This document shows, piece by piece, positions 54,100-63,130 of a stretch of 64,000 nucleotides of DNA; the stretch's first letter is position 1; each line of letters opens with the position of its first letter. Under the pieces are notes generated by a model. That model saw only the letters and a program-made list of their open reading frames with translations, ran no database searches and was not told where the DNA came from. Origin of the DNA: Candidatus Vogelbacteria bacterium RIFOXYD1_FULL_46_19 (GTDB lineage Bacteria > Patescibacteriota > Minisyncoccia > Phycocordibacterales > XYD1-FULL-46-19); contig MHTK01000005.1 of the NCBI GenBank assembly GCA_001824825.1, positions 16,173-80,172 of the forward strand. The letters are read 5' to 3'. Position numbers and translations under genes: made by a program.

Positions 54100-55518
54100 A
54101 TGGCTACTGATTTACTGACTTTATCGGTGACCGAGGCCAGCCACCTGTTGACCAAGAAAGAAATTTCGGCGGTGGAGTTGGCGGAAAGTTACTTGGCCCA
54201 AATAGAAGCGAAAAATTCTGACCTCAAGGCGTACTTGGAGGTGTTTGCTGATGTAGTAGATCAAGCAAAGGTCAGTGATGACAAGCGGTCGGCTGGGAGC
54301 CACGCGCTGTGGGGAATACCGCTGGCCGTTAAAGATAATATTTTAATCGAGGGTCGGCGGGCTAGTTCCGCCTCCCGGATTCTGGAAAATTATGTGGCCC
54401 CGTATGATGCGACCGTGATCACCAAGCTTAAAACAGCCGGGTCGGTGTTTTTGGGGCGAACGAATATGGACGAGTTTGCGATGGGTGGGTCGACGGAAAA
54501 CTCAAGTTTCGGTCCAACTAAAAATCCGCATGATTTAAGCCGAGTCCCCGGAGGCTCTTCCGGCGGGTCGGCGGCCGCCGTGGGTGGGGGGCTCGCACCA
54601 ATAGCCCTCGGCTCTGATACAGGTGGGTCGATCCGTCAGCCAGCCAGCCTTTGTGGGGCAGTGGGGCTAAAGCCGACTTATGGTAATGTGTCGCGCTATG
54701 GTTTGATGGCGATGGCCTCATCGTTGGACCAGATCGGTCCGATTGCGAGATCGGTCGCCGATGCCCGCCTGCTTTACGAAACTATCGCCGGTCGAGATCC
54801 ACTCGACTCTACCAGTGTTGAACTAGTTGAACCGAAGGCGACACCGGAAGCCTTTACTATCGGCGTACCTTATGACACTCTCACCGAGGGTGTGGACGAG
54901 GAAGTGTTGGCTATTTTTAATGACACTATCGCCAAGCTAAAAGGGGCTGGGCACTTAATTCGGGAAGTGTCTTTGCCTAATTTGAAATACTCATTAGCTA
55001 GTTACTATGTCTTAATGCCGGCTGAAAGCTCGACCAACTTGGGCCGGTTTGATGGCTTGCGTTACGGAGTAGCGAAATCTGGAGCTAATTTGCTAGAAGA
55101 TTATTTGAAAACGCGCGGAGAAGGATTTGGGCCGGAGGTGCGGCGGAGGATTATTTTGGGAACTTATGTGCTGTCGGCTGGGTATTATGATGCTTTTTAT
55201 GGCAAAGCCACGGCGGTGCGGGAACTGGTGCGGCAAGACTACGCGCAAGCTTTTGCTAAAAAGAATTCGGGCGTGGATATTATTTTAACGCCCACAGCCC
55301 CGACTCCAGCTTGGCTGATCGGCGAGAAAGTTAATGATCCACTACAAATGTATCTGGAAGATATTTTTACCGTGCCGGCTAACCTAGCTGGTATCCCAGC
55401 CTTGTCGGTGCCAGCGGGCCAGACTAGAGCGGGGCTTCCGGTAGGGGTACAACTGGCTGGTCCTCATTTTGCCGAAAACAATTTGTTTGCCCTTGGGGAA
55501 ATCATTGAGCAACTTTAG
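54100..55518 (+). CDS. gatA: Asp/Glu-tRNA(Asn/Gln) amidotransferase subunit A (amidase)
   Basis: The amidase signature GGSSGGSAAAV, the catalytic Ser-cisSer-Lys context, and a 472-aa length. Confidence 0.9.
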   Translation: MATDLLTLSVTEASHLLTKKEISAVELAESYLAQIEAKNSDLKAYLEVFADVVDQAKVSDDKRSAGSHALWGIPLAVKDNILIEGRRASSASRILENYVAPYDATVITKLKTAGSVFLGRTNMDEFAMGGSTENSSFGPTKNPHDLSRVPGGSSGGSAAAVGGGLAPIALGSDTGGSIRQPASLCGAVGLKPTYGNVSRYGLMAMASSLDQIGPIARSVADARLLYETIAGRDPLDSTSVELVEPKATPEAFTIGVPYDTLTEGVDEEVLAIFNDTIAKLKGAGHLIREVSLPNLKYSLASYYVLMPAESSTNLGRFDGLRYGVAKSGANLLEDYLKTRGEGFGPEVRRRIILGTYVLSAGYYDAFYGKATAVRELVRQDYAQAFAKKNSGVDIILTPTAPTPAWLIGEKVNDPLQMYLEDIFTVPANLAGIPALSVPAGQTRAGLPVGVQLAGPHFAENNLFALGEIIEQL

Positions 55519-55525
55519 TCCATTT

Positions 55526-56068
55526 ATGTTTACCATCAACTATAACTATCTCTATTTCACAGTTTATGACTGGCTGGTAGGCGTTTTTACTTTTTCCGAT
55601 CTAGGCTTGCTTGTCTCGAAGATTTTATGGGGTGTGCTGGGGGCTGGACTTTTAATTTTTATTATAACTATTTATCGCAAGCATCAGGAGCTTGATCGGA
55701 TTGAGCGGGGAGTTTTAAATGAAGCAGTGCGAGAGCGGTCGGGTCAGGTCGATGCCCCAAATCGGGAGTGGCAAAAAATTACGGATTATTTATCGTCGTC
55801 TAATCCGTCCGACTGGAAGCTGGCTATTTTGGAAGCCGACACTTTGCTTGATATACTCGTTAAAAAAATGGGTTATGACGGGGAAAATTTGGGTGAGCGG
55901 CTGAAGAAAGTGGAGCCGAGTGATTTTTTAACTTTAAACGCCGCTTGGGAAGCCCATAAGGTGAGAAATGCGATTGCCCATGAGGCAGGCTATGAGCTGT
56001 CCGAGCGAGAAGCCAAGCGGGTGATCAAATTATTTGAGAGTGTCTTTGAGGAGTTTGAATATATTTAG
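55526..56068 (+). CDS. Hypothetical membrane protein
   Basis: The start is at MFTINY…, 8 nt after the gatA stop. Two N-terminal TM helices are followed by a helical soluble domain. No family could be assigned. Confidence 0.45.
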   Translation: MFTINYNYLYFTVYDWLVGVFTFSDLGLLVSKILWGVLGAGLLIFIITIYRKHQELDRIERGVLNEAVRERSGQVDAPNREWQKITDYLSSSNPSDWKLAILEADTLLDILVKKMGYDGENLGERLKKVEPSDFLTLNAAWEAHKVRNAIAHEAGYELSEREAKRVIKLFESVFEEFEYI

Positions 56069-56070
56069 TT

Positions 56071-56108
56071 AAACAAAAAGAGCTACGAAAGTAGCTCTTT
56101 TTGTTTAT
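56071..56108. terminator. Bidirectional terminator (aaacaaaaagagctac gaaa gtagctctttttgttt)
   Basis: A perfect 16-bp stem between the convergent 55526 gene and the minus-strand tRNA. Confidence 0.7.
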
Positions 56109-56113
56109 TCTTG

Positions 56114-56184
56114 TTGCGGGGGCCGGAATCGAACCGGCGTCTGGAGGTTATGAGCCTCCCGAGGTACCTCTCCTCTACCCCGCG
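56114..56184 (-). tRNA. tRNA-Met (CAU), initiator type (C1·A72 mismatch); CCA not encoded
   Basis: Revcomp CGCGGGG-UA-GAGG-AGAGGUA-CCUC-G-GGAGG-CUCAUAA-CCUCC-AGACG-CCGG-UUCGAUU-CCGG-CCCCGCA-A. It resembles E. coli tRNA-fMet (CGCGGGG…GGCCCCCGCAACCA). Confidence 0.8.
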
Positions 56185-56272
56185 TTGCGCATTTAATATA
56201 TCACACAAACGGTTTTGGCGCAATTAGTTAATTGCCAAAAACGCAAAAATATGTATAAATTTAAAGGTAATT

Positions 56273-56345
56273 GTCGGGGTAGCTCAGTTGGTAGAGCACA
56301 GGACTCATAAGCCTGGGGTCGTGGGTTCAATCCCCACCCCCGACA
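56273..56345 (+). tRNA. tRNA-Met (CAU), elongator-type (or Ile-lysidine); CCA not encoded
   Basis: GUCGGGG-UA-GCUC-AGUUGGUA-GAGC-A-CAGGA-CUCAUAA-GCCUG-GGGUC-GUGGG-UUCAAUC-CCCAC-CCCCGAC-A. Confidence 0.8.
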
Positions 56346-56384
56346 CAAGACATTTACATGAGTTTCTGTTAGAATGTCTCACGT

Positions 56385-56459
56385 TTGCGGTCGTAGCTCA
56401 ACTGGTTAGAGCACCCGCCTGTCACGCGGGAGGTTGCCGGTTCAAGTCCGGTCGACCGC
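56385..56459 (+). tRNA. tRNA-Asp (GUC)
   Basis: GCGGUCG-UA-GCUC-AACUGGUUA-GAGC-A-CCCGC-CUGUCAC-GCGGG-AGGUU-GCCGG-UUCAAGU-CCGGU-CGACCGC-G. Confidence 0.85.
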
Positions 56460-56465
56460 GCAAAT

Positions 56466-56488
56466 AAAGCCCCTGCTGGGGCTTTTTG
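56466..56488 (+). terminator. Intrinsic terminator after tRNA cluster (aaagcccc tgct ggggcttttt)
   Basis: A stem followed by a U-tract. Confidence 0.6.
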
Positions 56489-56566
56489 CTTGGCGGTCGG
56501 AAAAACTGGACTGCTCCAATTTTTGATAGTATAACCAACCGCCGGCCCTTGAGGGCTGGTGGTTGG

Positions 56567-56800
56567 TTATAATTTTTGAATTTCCTTCAAGTCTTTATCT
56601 GGCAAATACAACAGGAGTAATCCTAGTGCGATACCGATGAGGCCGCCCAAGAAGTGATTACCTTTAAGAGCAACAATGTCAAAAGCGTCTAAAACGTACC
56701 AGACCCCGCGCCAGACTGATACTAAGCCGATGACCACTAGTAAATTTCTTGCAAAATAACGGAGAATATAAGCTAAACTATGGTCGTTGTTGTTTTTCAT
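56567..56800 (-). CDS. Small membrane protein (2 TM), hypothetical
   Basis: A 77-aa hydrophobic protein, with a long palindrome (tataaccaaccgccggccc ttga gggctggtggttggttata, 56535-56577) downstream. Confidence 0.4.
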   Translation of the reverse strand: MKNNNDHSLAYILRYFARNLLVVIGLVSVWRGVWYVLDAFDIVALKGNHFLGGLIGIALGLLLLYLPDKDLKEIQKL

Positions 56801-56864
56801 GATGAGTTGATTATAGCAAACTGGCTTTGGTTTAGCCTAATAGTCTGTGTTAATATAATTAAAT

Positions 56865-57485
56865 ATGAAAAATGCTTATATTTTTATAATTATTATCGCG
56901 CTTTTGGTGGCGTTGGGAGTTGGTTTAACGGTTAAGACCTTAGTTAAGAAACCAGTTCCGCCCCCAATGTTTGAAGGGGCGGCTACAACGACTGAACCAG
57001 TGGTGACCACTCTGACTGGTAGGGAGTTGATCGGAGTTAATTTTATAGTGCCTGGTGGTAATACCGTAGTTCGGTTGGCTGATGGCCTAGTGGATTATCA
57101 AACCGCTGATGGATTGTCCGACGGGGTGGTAATTTTTATCACGGATCAAGTGGTGTTTGGAGAAGTGGCCGGAACGCCAGTGGCAGTAGCTCCGGTGGCC
57201 GCTAGCACAGGGGGAACCGGCACCTTCTTATATTTAGTTTTATATGAGGAATCAGCTGGTGGCTGGCAACAGCGCGGGGAAGTCTTGCTGGGTGATCGTG
57301 TTGTTTTGCAGTCTTTAACTATGGACCGGTCCGGCGCGAATCCGCGTTTGCAAGCTCGAATCTTAGACCGTGGTGAAGGAGAGTCTCTCGCGGTGGAGCC
57401 GAGTGTGGCTATAGTTAAAGAGTTTGAAATTATCGGCGGTGCTTTGCGGGAGTTATCAACCGCTAGGGAGAGTGGTGATGAATAA
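56865..57485 (+). CDS. Membrane-anchored extracytoplasmic protein, hypothetical
   Basis: An N-terminal TM (IFIIIIALLVALGVGL) followed by a beta-rich 180-aa domain. Confidence 0.45.
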   Translation: MKNAYIFIIIIALLVALGVGLTVKTLVKKPVPPPMFEGAATTTEPVVTTLTGRELIGVNFIVPGGNTVVRLADGLVDYQTADGLSDGVVIFITDQVVFGEVAGTPVAVAPVAASTGGTGTFLYLVLYEESAGGWQQRGEVLLGDRVVLQSLTMDRSGANPRLQARILDRGEGESLAVEPSVAIVKEFEIIGGALRELSTARESGDE

Positions 57486-57753
57486 TAAACTCACCAAGCT
57501 GTGGTTTAAACGTAAGTGGTATGGCTGGGGTTGGTACCCGGCTTCGGTTGAAGGCTGGCTGGTAACTTTGATCTATGCCGGTGGGGTGCTGTTTTTCGCT
57601 TCGGCTACTGACTTTAATGTCACTAAAGAAGTGTGGCTATTTTGGTTACTACCCGTTTTATTATTGACTGTTACCTTTATCCGTTTGGCTTATCGCTTTG
57701 GCGAGTCGCCACGCTGGCAATGGGGCCGACCCAAAAAAGATGACCTCGCTTGA
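57478..57753 (+). CDS. Small membrane protein (2 TM), hypothetical
   Basis: The start MNNKLTKLWFKRKWYGWGWYPAS overlaps the previous stop by 8 nt. Confidence 0.4.
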   Translation: MNNKLTKLWFKRKWYGWGWYPASVEGWLVTLIYAGGVLFFASATDFNVTKEVWLFWLLPVLLLTVTFIRLAYRFGESPRWQWGRPKKDDLA

Positions 57754-58330
57754 TCAGTTATTAGAATTTTTAAAACTGATTCATCGCTTTCAAGCGATTG
57801 AACGTAAAATTGCAGTGCCCGGCCAAGAGCGGAACGAAAATGATGCCGAACATTCTTTTGCTCTGGCTTTATGCACTTGGTATCTGATTGATTCGCGGGG
57901 GCTAAAGTTAGACAGTATGAAAGCGGTAAAATACGCTTTAGTACATGATTTGCTGGAACTTTATACTGGCGACGTGGCTTATTTTGAAAGTGCTGAAAAA
58001 GTTTTACAGAAAAAAGAGAAAGAGCGGGAGGCTTTGACGCAAATTACGGAAGTACTACCCGACTGGCCCGCCCTGGCAGATTTGATAAAGGCTTATGAAG
58101 ACAAAACTGATCCGGAAAGTCGCTTTGTGTATGTATTAGACAAACTATTGCCGGCCGCCAATAATTATCTTGACGAGGGTCGGACATGGAAGAAGTATGG
58201 GCTTAGATTCGAGACCATGGTGGCTAATAAAACAAAATTTTTAGATTTGTCACCAGAGTTGAAGGCGGATTTTAAATCACTACTAGGGCTGATTGAAAAA
58301 GACCAAGATCGGCTATTTACGACTGATTGA
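57740..58330 (+). CDS. HD-domain phosphohydrolase (YfbR-like 5'-deoxynucleotidase family)
   Basis: ENDAEHSFALA… and VHDLLELYTGDV are the H…HD…D metal ligands. A longer start is possible at 57698. Confidence 0.65.
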   Translation: MTSLDQLLEFLKLIHRFQAIERKIAVPGQERNENDAEHSFALALCTWYLIDSRGLKLDSMKAVKYALVHDLLELYTGDVAYFESAEKVLQKKEKEREALTQITEVLPDWPALADLIKAYEDKTDPESRFVYVLDKLLPAANNYLDEGRTWKKYGLRFETMVANKTKFLDLSPELKADFKSLLGLIEKDQDRLFTTD

Positions 58331-58372
58331 TAAAGTTTATAACTTATATTACAATATTCTCGTTTGGTTTGT

Positions 58373-58446
58373 AGCCATTGTAGCTCAGTTGGTAGAGCAC
58401 CCCCATGGTAAGGGGGAGGTCGCCGGTTCGATCCCGGCCGATGGCT
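58373..58446 (+). tRNA. tRNA-Thr (GGU)
   Basis: GCCAUUG-UA-GCUC-AGUUGGUA-GAGC-A-CCCCC-AUGGUAA-GGGGG-AGGUC-GCCGG-UUCGAUC-CCGGC-CGAUGGC-U. Confidence 0.8.
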
Positions 58447-58494
58447 CAAGATTAGCTTGGGTGGCGGCATTTAAGGGCCGCTAAAACTTATTAT

Positions 58495-59934
58495 ATGAAA
58501 ATCAATTTCAGAAACATAAAAAAGCGCTGGTTTTTGGGCCTTATTGTAATCGTCATTTTAGTCGGCGGCGGCTGGCTCGCTTTTAAGAATGGCAATGGTG
58601 ACTACGAGATGTTGGAAGTCGAGCGGCGTGATTTGGTGGAAACCGTACGGGTGGCGGGTCGTGTCGAGGCTGAGGTGGTGTCTGATTTAGGGTTTCCGGT
58701 GTCAGGGACGGTGCGCGCGGTACTGGTGAAGGTTAATGATCGAGTCGGTCTCGGTGCCAGACTAGCCACTCTAGACTTGGGTACTCTCTCGGCTGATTTA
58801 CGAGCGGCTGAAGCGGACATTTTAATTAAACAAGCTGAACAAGGTAATACCTCTGTTAACCTAGAAGCGATAGAGAAGGAATACGATACTTTGGTTCAAA
58901 GTGCCAAGAGGTCGCTACTGTCTGAAGGCTTGGTGGCTGAGCCATCCCGATCTTCTTATACTCAAACTCCGCCGACGGTCAGTGGCCTTTATGATGGGCC
59001 AGAGGGTACCTATAAAATAATTGTTAAGCGGGAAGCGGTAACAGCTAACGACTATGAACTGCGCGTGTTCGATTTGGAAAATCCGGCTTTTGTGGAAATT
59101 GCCGAAACTAGCGCTACCTCGCTCGGTACACGTGGATTGTTTATCGATTTTCCAGATGACTTGGATGACTACCAGGATACTATTTGGTACGTCACTATTC
59201 CTAATAAAAAAAGCTCGGTCTACTTAGCCAATAAGAATACTTATGACGAAACAATTAGGAGTCGCAACCGAGCTTTAGAAGAAGCTAGAAATAGTTTACG
59301 ATCGCAGTCTAGTGGAACTTCTATGGCGGAAGCCGAACTGGCTCGAGCCCAAGCGGCGGCCGATAGAATTAGAGCCGAAATTGGTCAAAGAGTGTTAACC
59401 GCTCCTTTTGCTGGGACGGTGTCCGCCGTTAATATTGACCCAGGTGAATCGGCGGGAGCCAATGAGACAGCTATTTCTCTTATTTCAGCTGGTCAGTTGG
59501 GAGTAGTGGTGGACTTGCCGGAAGTAGATAGTGTTAAAGTGATGACCGGGGACCTTGCGGCCATTACTATTGATTCTATCGGTGAAGATTTGGTCTTGAC
59601 TGGTAAAGTAGTGTCGGTTAATCGGTCAGAAAGCCTCACTGACGGGGTACCGGTTTATGAAGCTCGGTTGGTTTTTGATGAACTGGATGAGCAAATTGCT
59701 TCGGGTATGACGGCTGAAGTTACTATTACCACTAGTGTTAAAAATAACGTTTTAGCTTTGCCGGCGCGCGCGGTGCGCTATAAAGACGATGGCTCTACTT
59801 ATGTGGTGGTACGTTCGGCTGATGGTAAAAGTGACAAAGAGGTCGACGTGGCTACTGGTTTGCGCAGTACCGATGGTTGGATGGAAATTACGGCTGGACT
59901 AGCTGGGATGGAAAACGTCATTGTAAAGTCTTAA
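58495..59934 (+). CDS. HlyD/MacA-family periplasmic adaptor (membrane fusion) protein
   Basis: An N-terminal TM, biotinyl/lipoyl-like hairpin halves, a long coiled-coil, and a C-terminal beta-barrel. It lies upstream of the FtsX-type permease and ABC ATPase. Confidence 0.7.
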   Translation: MKINFRNIKKRWFLGLIVIVILVGGGWLAFKNGNGDYEMLEVERRDLVETVRVAGRVEAEVVSDLGFPVSGTVRAVLVKVNDRVGLGARLATLDLGTLSADLRAAEADILIKQAEQGNTSVNLEAIEKEYDTLVQSAKRSLLSEGLVAEPSRSSYTQTPPTVSGLYDGPEGTYKIIVKREAVTANDYELRVFDLENPAFVEIAETSATSLGTRGLFIDFPDDLDDYQDTIWYVTIPNKKSSVYLANKNTYDETIRSRNRALEEARNSLRSQSSGTSMAEAELARAQAAADRIRAEIGQRVLTAPFAGTVSAVNIDPGESAGANETAISLISAGQLGVVVDLPEVDSVKVMTGDLAAITIDSIGEDLVLTGKVVSVNRSESLTDGVPVYEARLVFDELDEQIASGMTAEVTITTSVKNNVLALPARAVRYKDDGSTYVVVRSADGKSDKEVDVATGLRSTDGWMEITAGLAGMENVIVKS

Positions 59935-59936
59935 CT

Positions 59937-61187
59937 ATGTTAGGTAATACCCTTCGGGTCGGACTACTACTTGGTTGGCGGCAGATTCGCTACGCCAGCC
60001 TGTGGACGACGGCGCTCATCATTTTTGTTATGATGTTGACTTTTATGAATCTGGTGGTGGTGACTGGTATTTTGGTGGGACTGATTGAAGGGTCCGTCAA
60101 AGCTTATCGCGATCAATATACTGGTGATATTTTTATTTCCACTCCGGCCGGAGAAGAGTATATAAAAAACACCAACGAAATTATCTCGGTACTGCCATCT
60201 TTGCCAGGCATTGCTGCGTATACTGTTCGGTCCACGACTGGGGTGACAGTGGAGGCTAACTATCGCACTAGGCGGGACCCGCTTGAGCTACGTGATTCAG
60301 TCGGAACGCGGGTCACTAGCATTGACCCGATAGCGGAGGATATTGTGACGGGCTTATCGGGCTTTGTGGTGGAGGGTGAATATCTAGAGCCGGGGCGAGA
60401 GGGTGAAATTTTGATTGGCGCCAACCTCCTGGATCAGTATGCGCCGGATTTTGGGGAGGGGTTTGATACTCTAGATGATGTGCATCCTGGTACCAGAGTC
60501 CGTTTGTCGGCCGGGGGTAAGACGAAGGAGTACATTGTGCGGGGGGTGGTCAACTCCAAAGTGGATGAAACCTCACGGCGAATTTTTATGGTAGAAAGTG
60601 ACTTTTTACGTTTTATTGGTCGGACCAATTTAAATGTTAATGAAATAGCGATCCGAGTGCAGCCGGCCGTGGACCCACAGATGGTTAAGGCTAATTTGGT
60701 TGCCAGTGGCCTTGGCCGGCAGGCGGTGATTCGCTTGTCGCGCGAGGGTTTGCCACAAGCCTTGGAAGATATTATCGCCACTTTTGCTTTTTTAGGTAAT
60801 TTGATTAGCTCAATTGGCTTGGTGGTAGCCTCGATTACCATTTTTATTGTGGTCTTTGTCAATGCTATTACTCGCCGTAAGTATATTGGAATTTTGAAGG
60901 GAATTGGGATTTCGCCGCTAGCTATTGAATTATCGTATGTTTTTCAATCGGTAGTGTACGCCGTTATTGGCTCAGCTATCGCGGTAGTTATCATTTATGG
61001 GGCTTTGGTACCATGGTTTTTGGCTCACCCGCTTGATTTTCCTTTTTCTGACGGTATTTTGGTAGCACCGGTGGGTGGGACAGTGATTCGCTTGGTGATT
61101 CTGATGTTCTCGACCATTATCGCCGGCTATGTGCCAGCTTGGCTGATTATTAAGAAAAATACTCTGGACTCTATTTTAGGTCGTTAA
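59937..61187 (+). CDS. ABC transporter permease, FtsX/MacB family
   Basis: An N-terminal TM, a large extracytoplasmic domain, and three C-terminal TM helices (FtsX fold). Confidence 0.75.
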   Translation: MLGNTLRVGLLLGWRQIRYASLWTTALIIFVMMLTFMNLVVVTGILVGLIEGSVKAYRDQYTGDIFISTPAGEEYIKNTNEIISVLPSLPGIAAYTVRSTTGVTVEANYRTRRDPLELRDSVGTRVTSIDPIAEDIVTGLSGFVVEGEYLEPGREGEILIGANLLDQYAPDFGEGFDTLDDVHPGTRVRLSAGGKTKEYIVRGVVNSKVDETSRRIFMVESDFLRFIGRTNLNVNEIAIRVQPAVDPQMVKANLVASGLGRQAVIRLSREGLPQALEDIIATFAFLGNLISSIGLVVASITIFIVVFVNAITRRKYIGILKGIGISPLAIELSYVFQSVVYAVIGSAIAVVIIYGALVPWFLAHPLDFPFSDGILVAPVGGTVIRLVILMFSTIIAGYVPAWLIIKKNTLDSILGR

Positions 61188-61196
61188 TTTGATTTT

Positions 61197-61889
61197 ATGA
61201 TTGAAGTCACTGACTTAACTAAAAATTACACCACTGGGCCGGTGGTGACCAAGGTCTTGCAAGGAATAAATTTATTTGTTCCGAGCGGTGAATTCCTGTC
61301 CATTATGGGTAAATCAGGAGCTGGTAAGTCCACCCTGCTTTACCAGATGAGTCTTTTGGATTTGCCTTCAAGTGGCCGGATAATAATTGATGGCGTTAAT
61401 ACCGCTGATTTTTCTGATAAGGCTAGAATGAATTTTCGTCTTAACCGTTTGGGTTATGTTTTTCAAGACTATGCCTTGCTACCCGAATTATCGGCAGTGG
61501 AAAATGTGATTGTGCCGCTTTTGATGCAAGGCTTAAACAAAGTGGATGCTTATGCTCGCTCGATTGAGGCCTTGGATGCGGTGGGACTCGCTCATCGGCA
61601 TGACAATCGGCCGAGCCAGCTATCGGGTGGGGAGCAACAACGAGTGTCAATCTCGAGGGCTATCGCCCAAAAACCGGATATTTTATTTGCCGACGAGCCA
61701 ACGGCCAACTTAGATAGTACCTCCGGCCAGGCCGTGATTGAAGTAATGAATAAGTTGCACGCCGAGCGTGGGCAGACTATTGTAATGGTAACGCATGAGC
61801 TGGAGTATGCCCGAGAGGCTGATCGGATAATTTACCTCGAGGATGGCCAGATTAGTGGCGAGGAAAAACAGTCAGCGGCGAATCATTAG
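61197..61889 (+). CDS. ABC transporter ATP-binding protein (MacB/LolD-type)
   Basis: Walker A (GKSGAGKSTLL), the ABC signature LSGGEQQRVSISRA, Walker B (ILFADEPT) and an H-loop. Confidence 0.9.
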   Translation: MIEVTDLTKNYTTGPVVTKVLQGINLFVPSGEFLSIMGKSGAGKSTLLYQMSLLDLPSSGRIIIDGVNTADFSDKARMNFRLNRLGYVFQDYALLPELSAVENVIVPLLMQGLNKVDAYARSIEALDAVGLAHRHDNRPSQLSGGEQQRVSISRAIAQKPDILFADEPTANLDSTSGQAVIEVMNKLHAERGQTIVMVTHELEYAREADRIIYLEDGQISGEEKQSAANH

Positions 61890-61925
61890 GACAAGTTAAA
61901 AATGGTTTGGACTTTATTAAGTTTA

Positions 61926-61962
61926 GTTTGCTATTCACTGTGCCACCTTAGCTCAGCTGGCC
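61926..61962 (+). repeat. Partial 5' duplicate of tRNA-Thr(CGU) with its leader (gtttgctattcactgt + gccaccttagctcagctgg)
   Basis: It is a 37-nt exact copy of 62044-62080 (leader plus the first 21 nt of the tRNA), placed 118 nt upstream. The intervening sequence contains the hairpin cccgcccgccagcgc…ggcgttgcgggcgag. Confidence 0.6.
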
Positions 61963-62063
61963 CGCCCGCCAGCGCAAGCCTAGAGTTAGCTCAGGCGTTG
62001 CGGGCGAGTAGAGAGTCACTTTATAATAGTTTGAACTTGTTAGGTTTTGTTTGCTATTCACTG

Positions 62064-62136
62064 TGCCACCTTAGCTCAGCTGGTAGAGCACCACTTTCGT
62101 AAAGTGGGGGTCCGGAGTTCGACTCTCCGAGGTGGC
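62064..62136 (+). tRNA. tRNA-Thr (CGU)
   Basis: GCCACCU-UA-GCUC-AGCUGGUA-GAGC-A-CCACU-UUCGUAA-AGUGG-GGGUC-CGGAG-UUCGACU-CUCCG-AGGUGGC-U. Confidence 0.85.
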
Positions 62137-62173
62137 TCAATTTAAGACCTTAATCCTGTGCTATAATCCCCTC

Positions 62174-63046
62174 ATGCCGGATGAACTAAAGCAGAAAATT
62201 GCTGACCTAGAGGCTAGTATGCAAGCCTCGGATTTTTGGGCCGACAAGGAACAGGCTCAAGCGACGGTGGCCGAGTATCAAGCGGCCAAGAGTGAGTTGG
62301 CTGGAGTGGGCCAGTACGACAAATTAAACGCTCTGATGACTATTTTTGCCGGTGCCGGCGGTGACGACGCCGAGGATTTTGCGTCGATATTATTTGAGAT
62401 GTACCGTAAATATGTGGATAAACAGGGTTGGACTTTGTTTACTCTACACTCTAATCAGAATGATCACGGCGGGTATCGCAACTTAACTTTTAAGATTGAA
62501 GGCCGAGGCTCGTATGGTATACTTAAGAATGAGTCGGGGGTGCATCGGTTGGTGCGCATTTCACCTTTCAACGCCAAAAAGTTGCGCCATACGTCGTTTG
62601 CTTTGGTAGAGGTTATCCCAGAATTTCCCAAGCCGGAGACGATTGTAATTCCGCCCGATGATTTGGAAATTGAGTTTGCTCGCTCATCCGGCCCTGGTGG
62701 TCAGAACGTCAACAAGCGGGAGACGGCGGTGCGCATTGTCCATAAGCCGACGGGGCTGGTGGCTCAATCGGATACGGACCGGACGCAAGAAGCTAACCGT
62801 CGTAACGCTCTGGCTATCCTGGAAGGTAAAATATTCCGTAAGCAAGAAGCTGATCGGCAGAAGGCTGAACAAGGTATGTACGTCTCGAAGACGACGGAAA
62901 TCGAGTGGGGCAATCAAATTCGGTCTTACGTTCTGCATCCGTACAAGCTGGTGAAAGATCATCGCACCGAAGTGGAAACCAGCGATATTGAAGGGGTACT
63001 AGAGGGGGGGCTGGATGAATTTATTGCCGCCGAAAGCAACTTATAA
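62174..63046 (+). CDS. prfB: Peptide chain release factor 2, short N-terminus, no programmed frameshift
   Basis: The SPF tripeptide motif ([10 protein letters not shown]) indicates RF2. GGQ is present in [17 protein letters not shown]. The single uninterrupted ORF starts 7 nt after a TGcTATAAT box (62152-62167), so the transcript may be leaderless. Confidence 0.8.
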   Translation: MPDELKQKIADLEASMQASDFWADKEQAQATVAEYQAAKSELAGVGQYDKLNALMTIFAGAGGDDAEDFASILFEMYRKYVDKQGWTLFTLHSNQNDHGGYRNLTFKIEGRGSYGILKNESGVHRLVRISPFNAKKLRHTSFALVEVIPEFPKPETIVIPPDDLEIEFARSSGPGGQNVNKRETAVRIVHKPTGLVAQSDTDRTQEANRRNALAILEGKIFRKQEADRQKAEQGMYVSKTTEIEWGNQIRSYVLHPYKLVKDHRTEVETSDIEGVLEGGLDEFIAAESNL

Positions 63047-63130
63047 ATGGTTAATATTCTAAATTGAGGTTAAGGTTTTCCTATTAGTATCAGTCGTCTG
63101 AATTAATTTGTAGATTTGTCTCGAGTTCAT

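Noticed and set aside
61902-62102. 66-aa ORF (MVWTLLSLVCYSLCHLSSAG…)
   Set aside because: It is produced by the duplicated tRNA-Thr 5' segment (the internal peptide repeat mirrors the DNA repeat) and runs into the tRNA gene.
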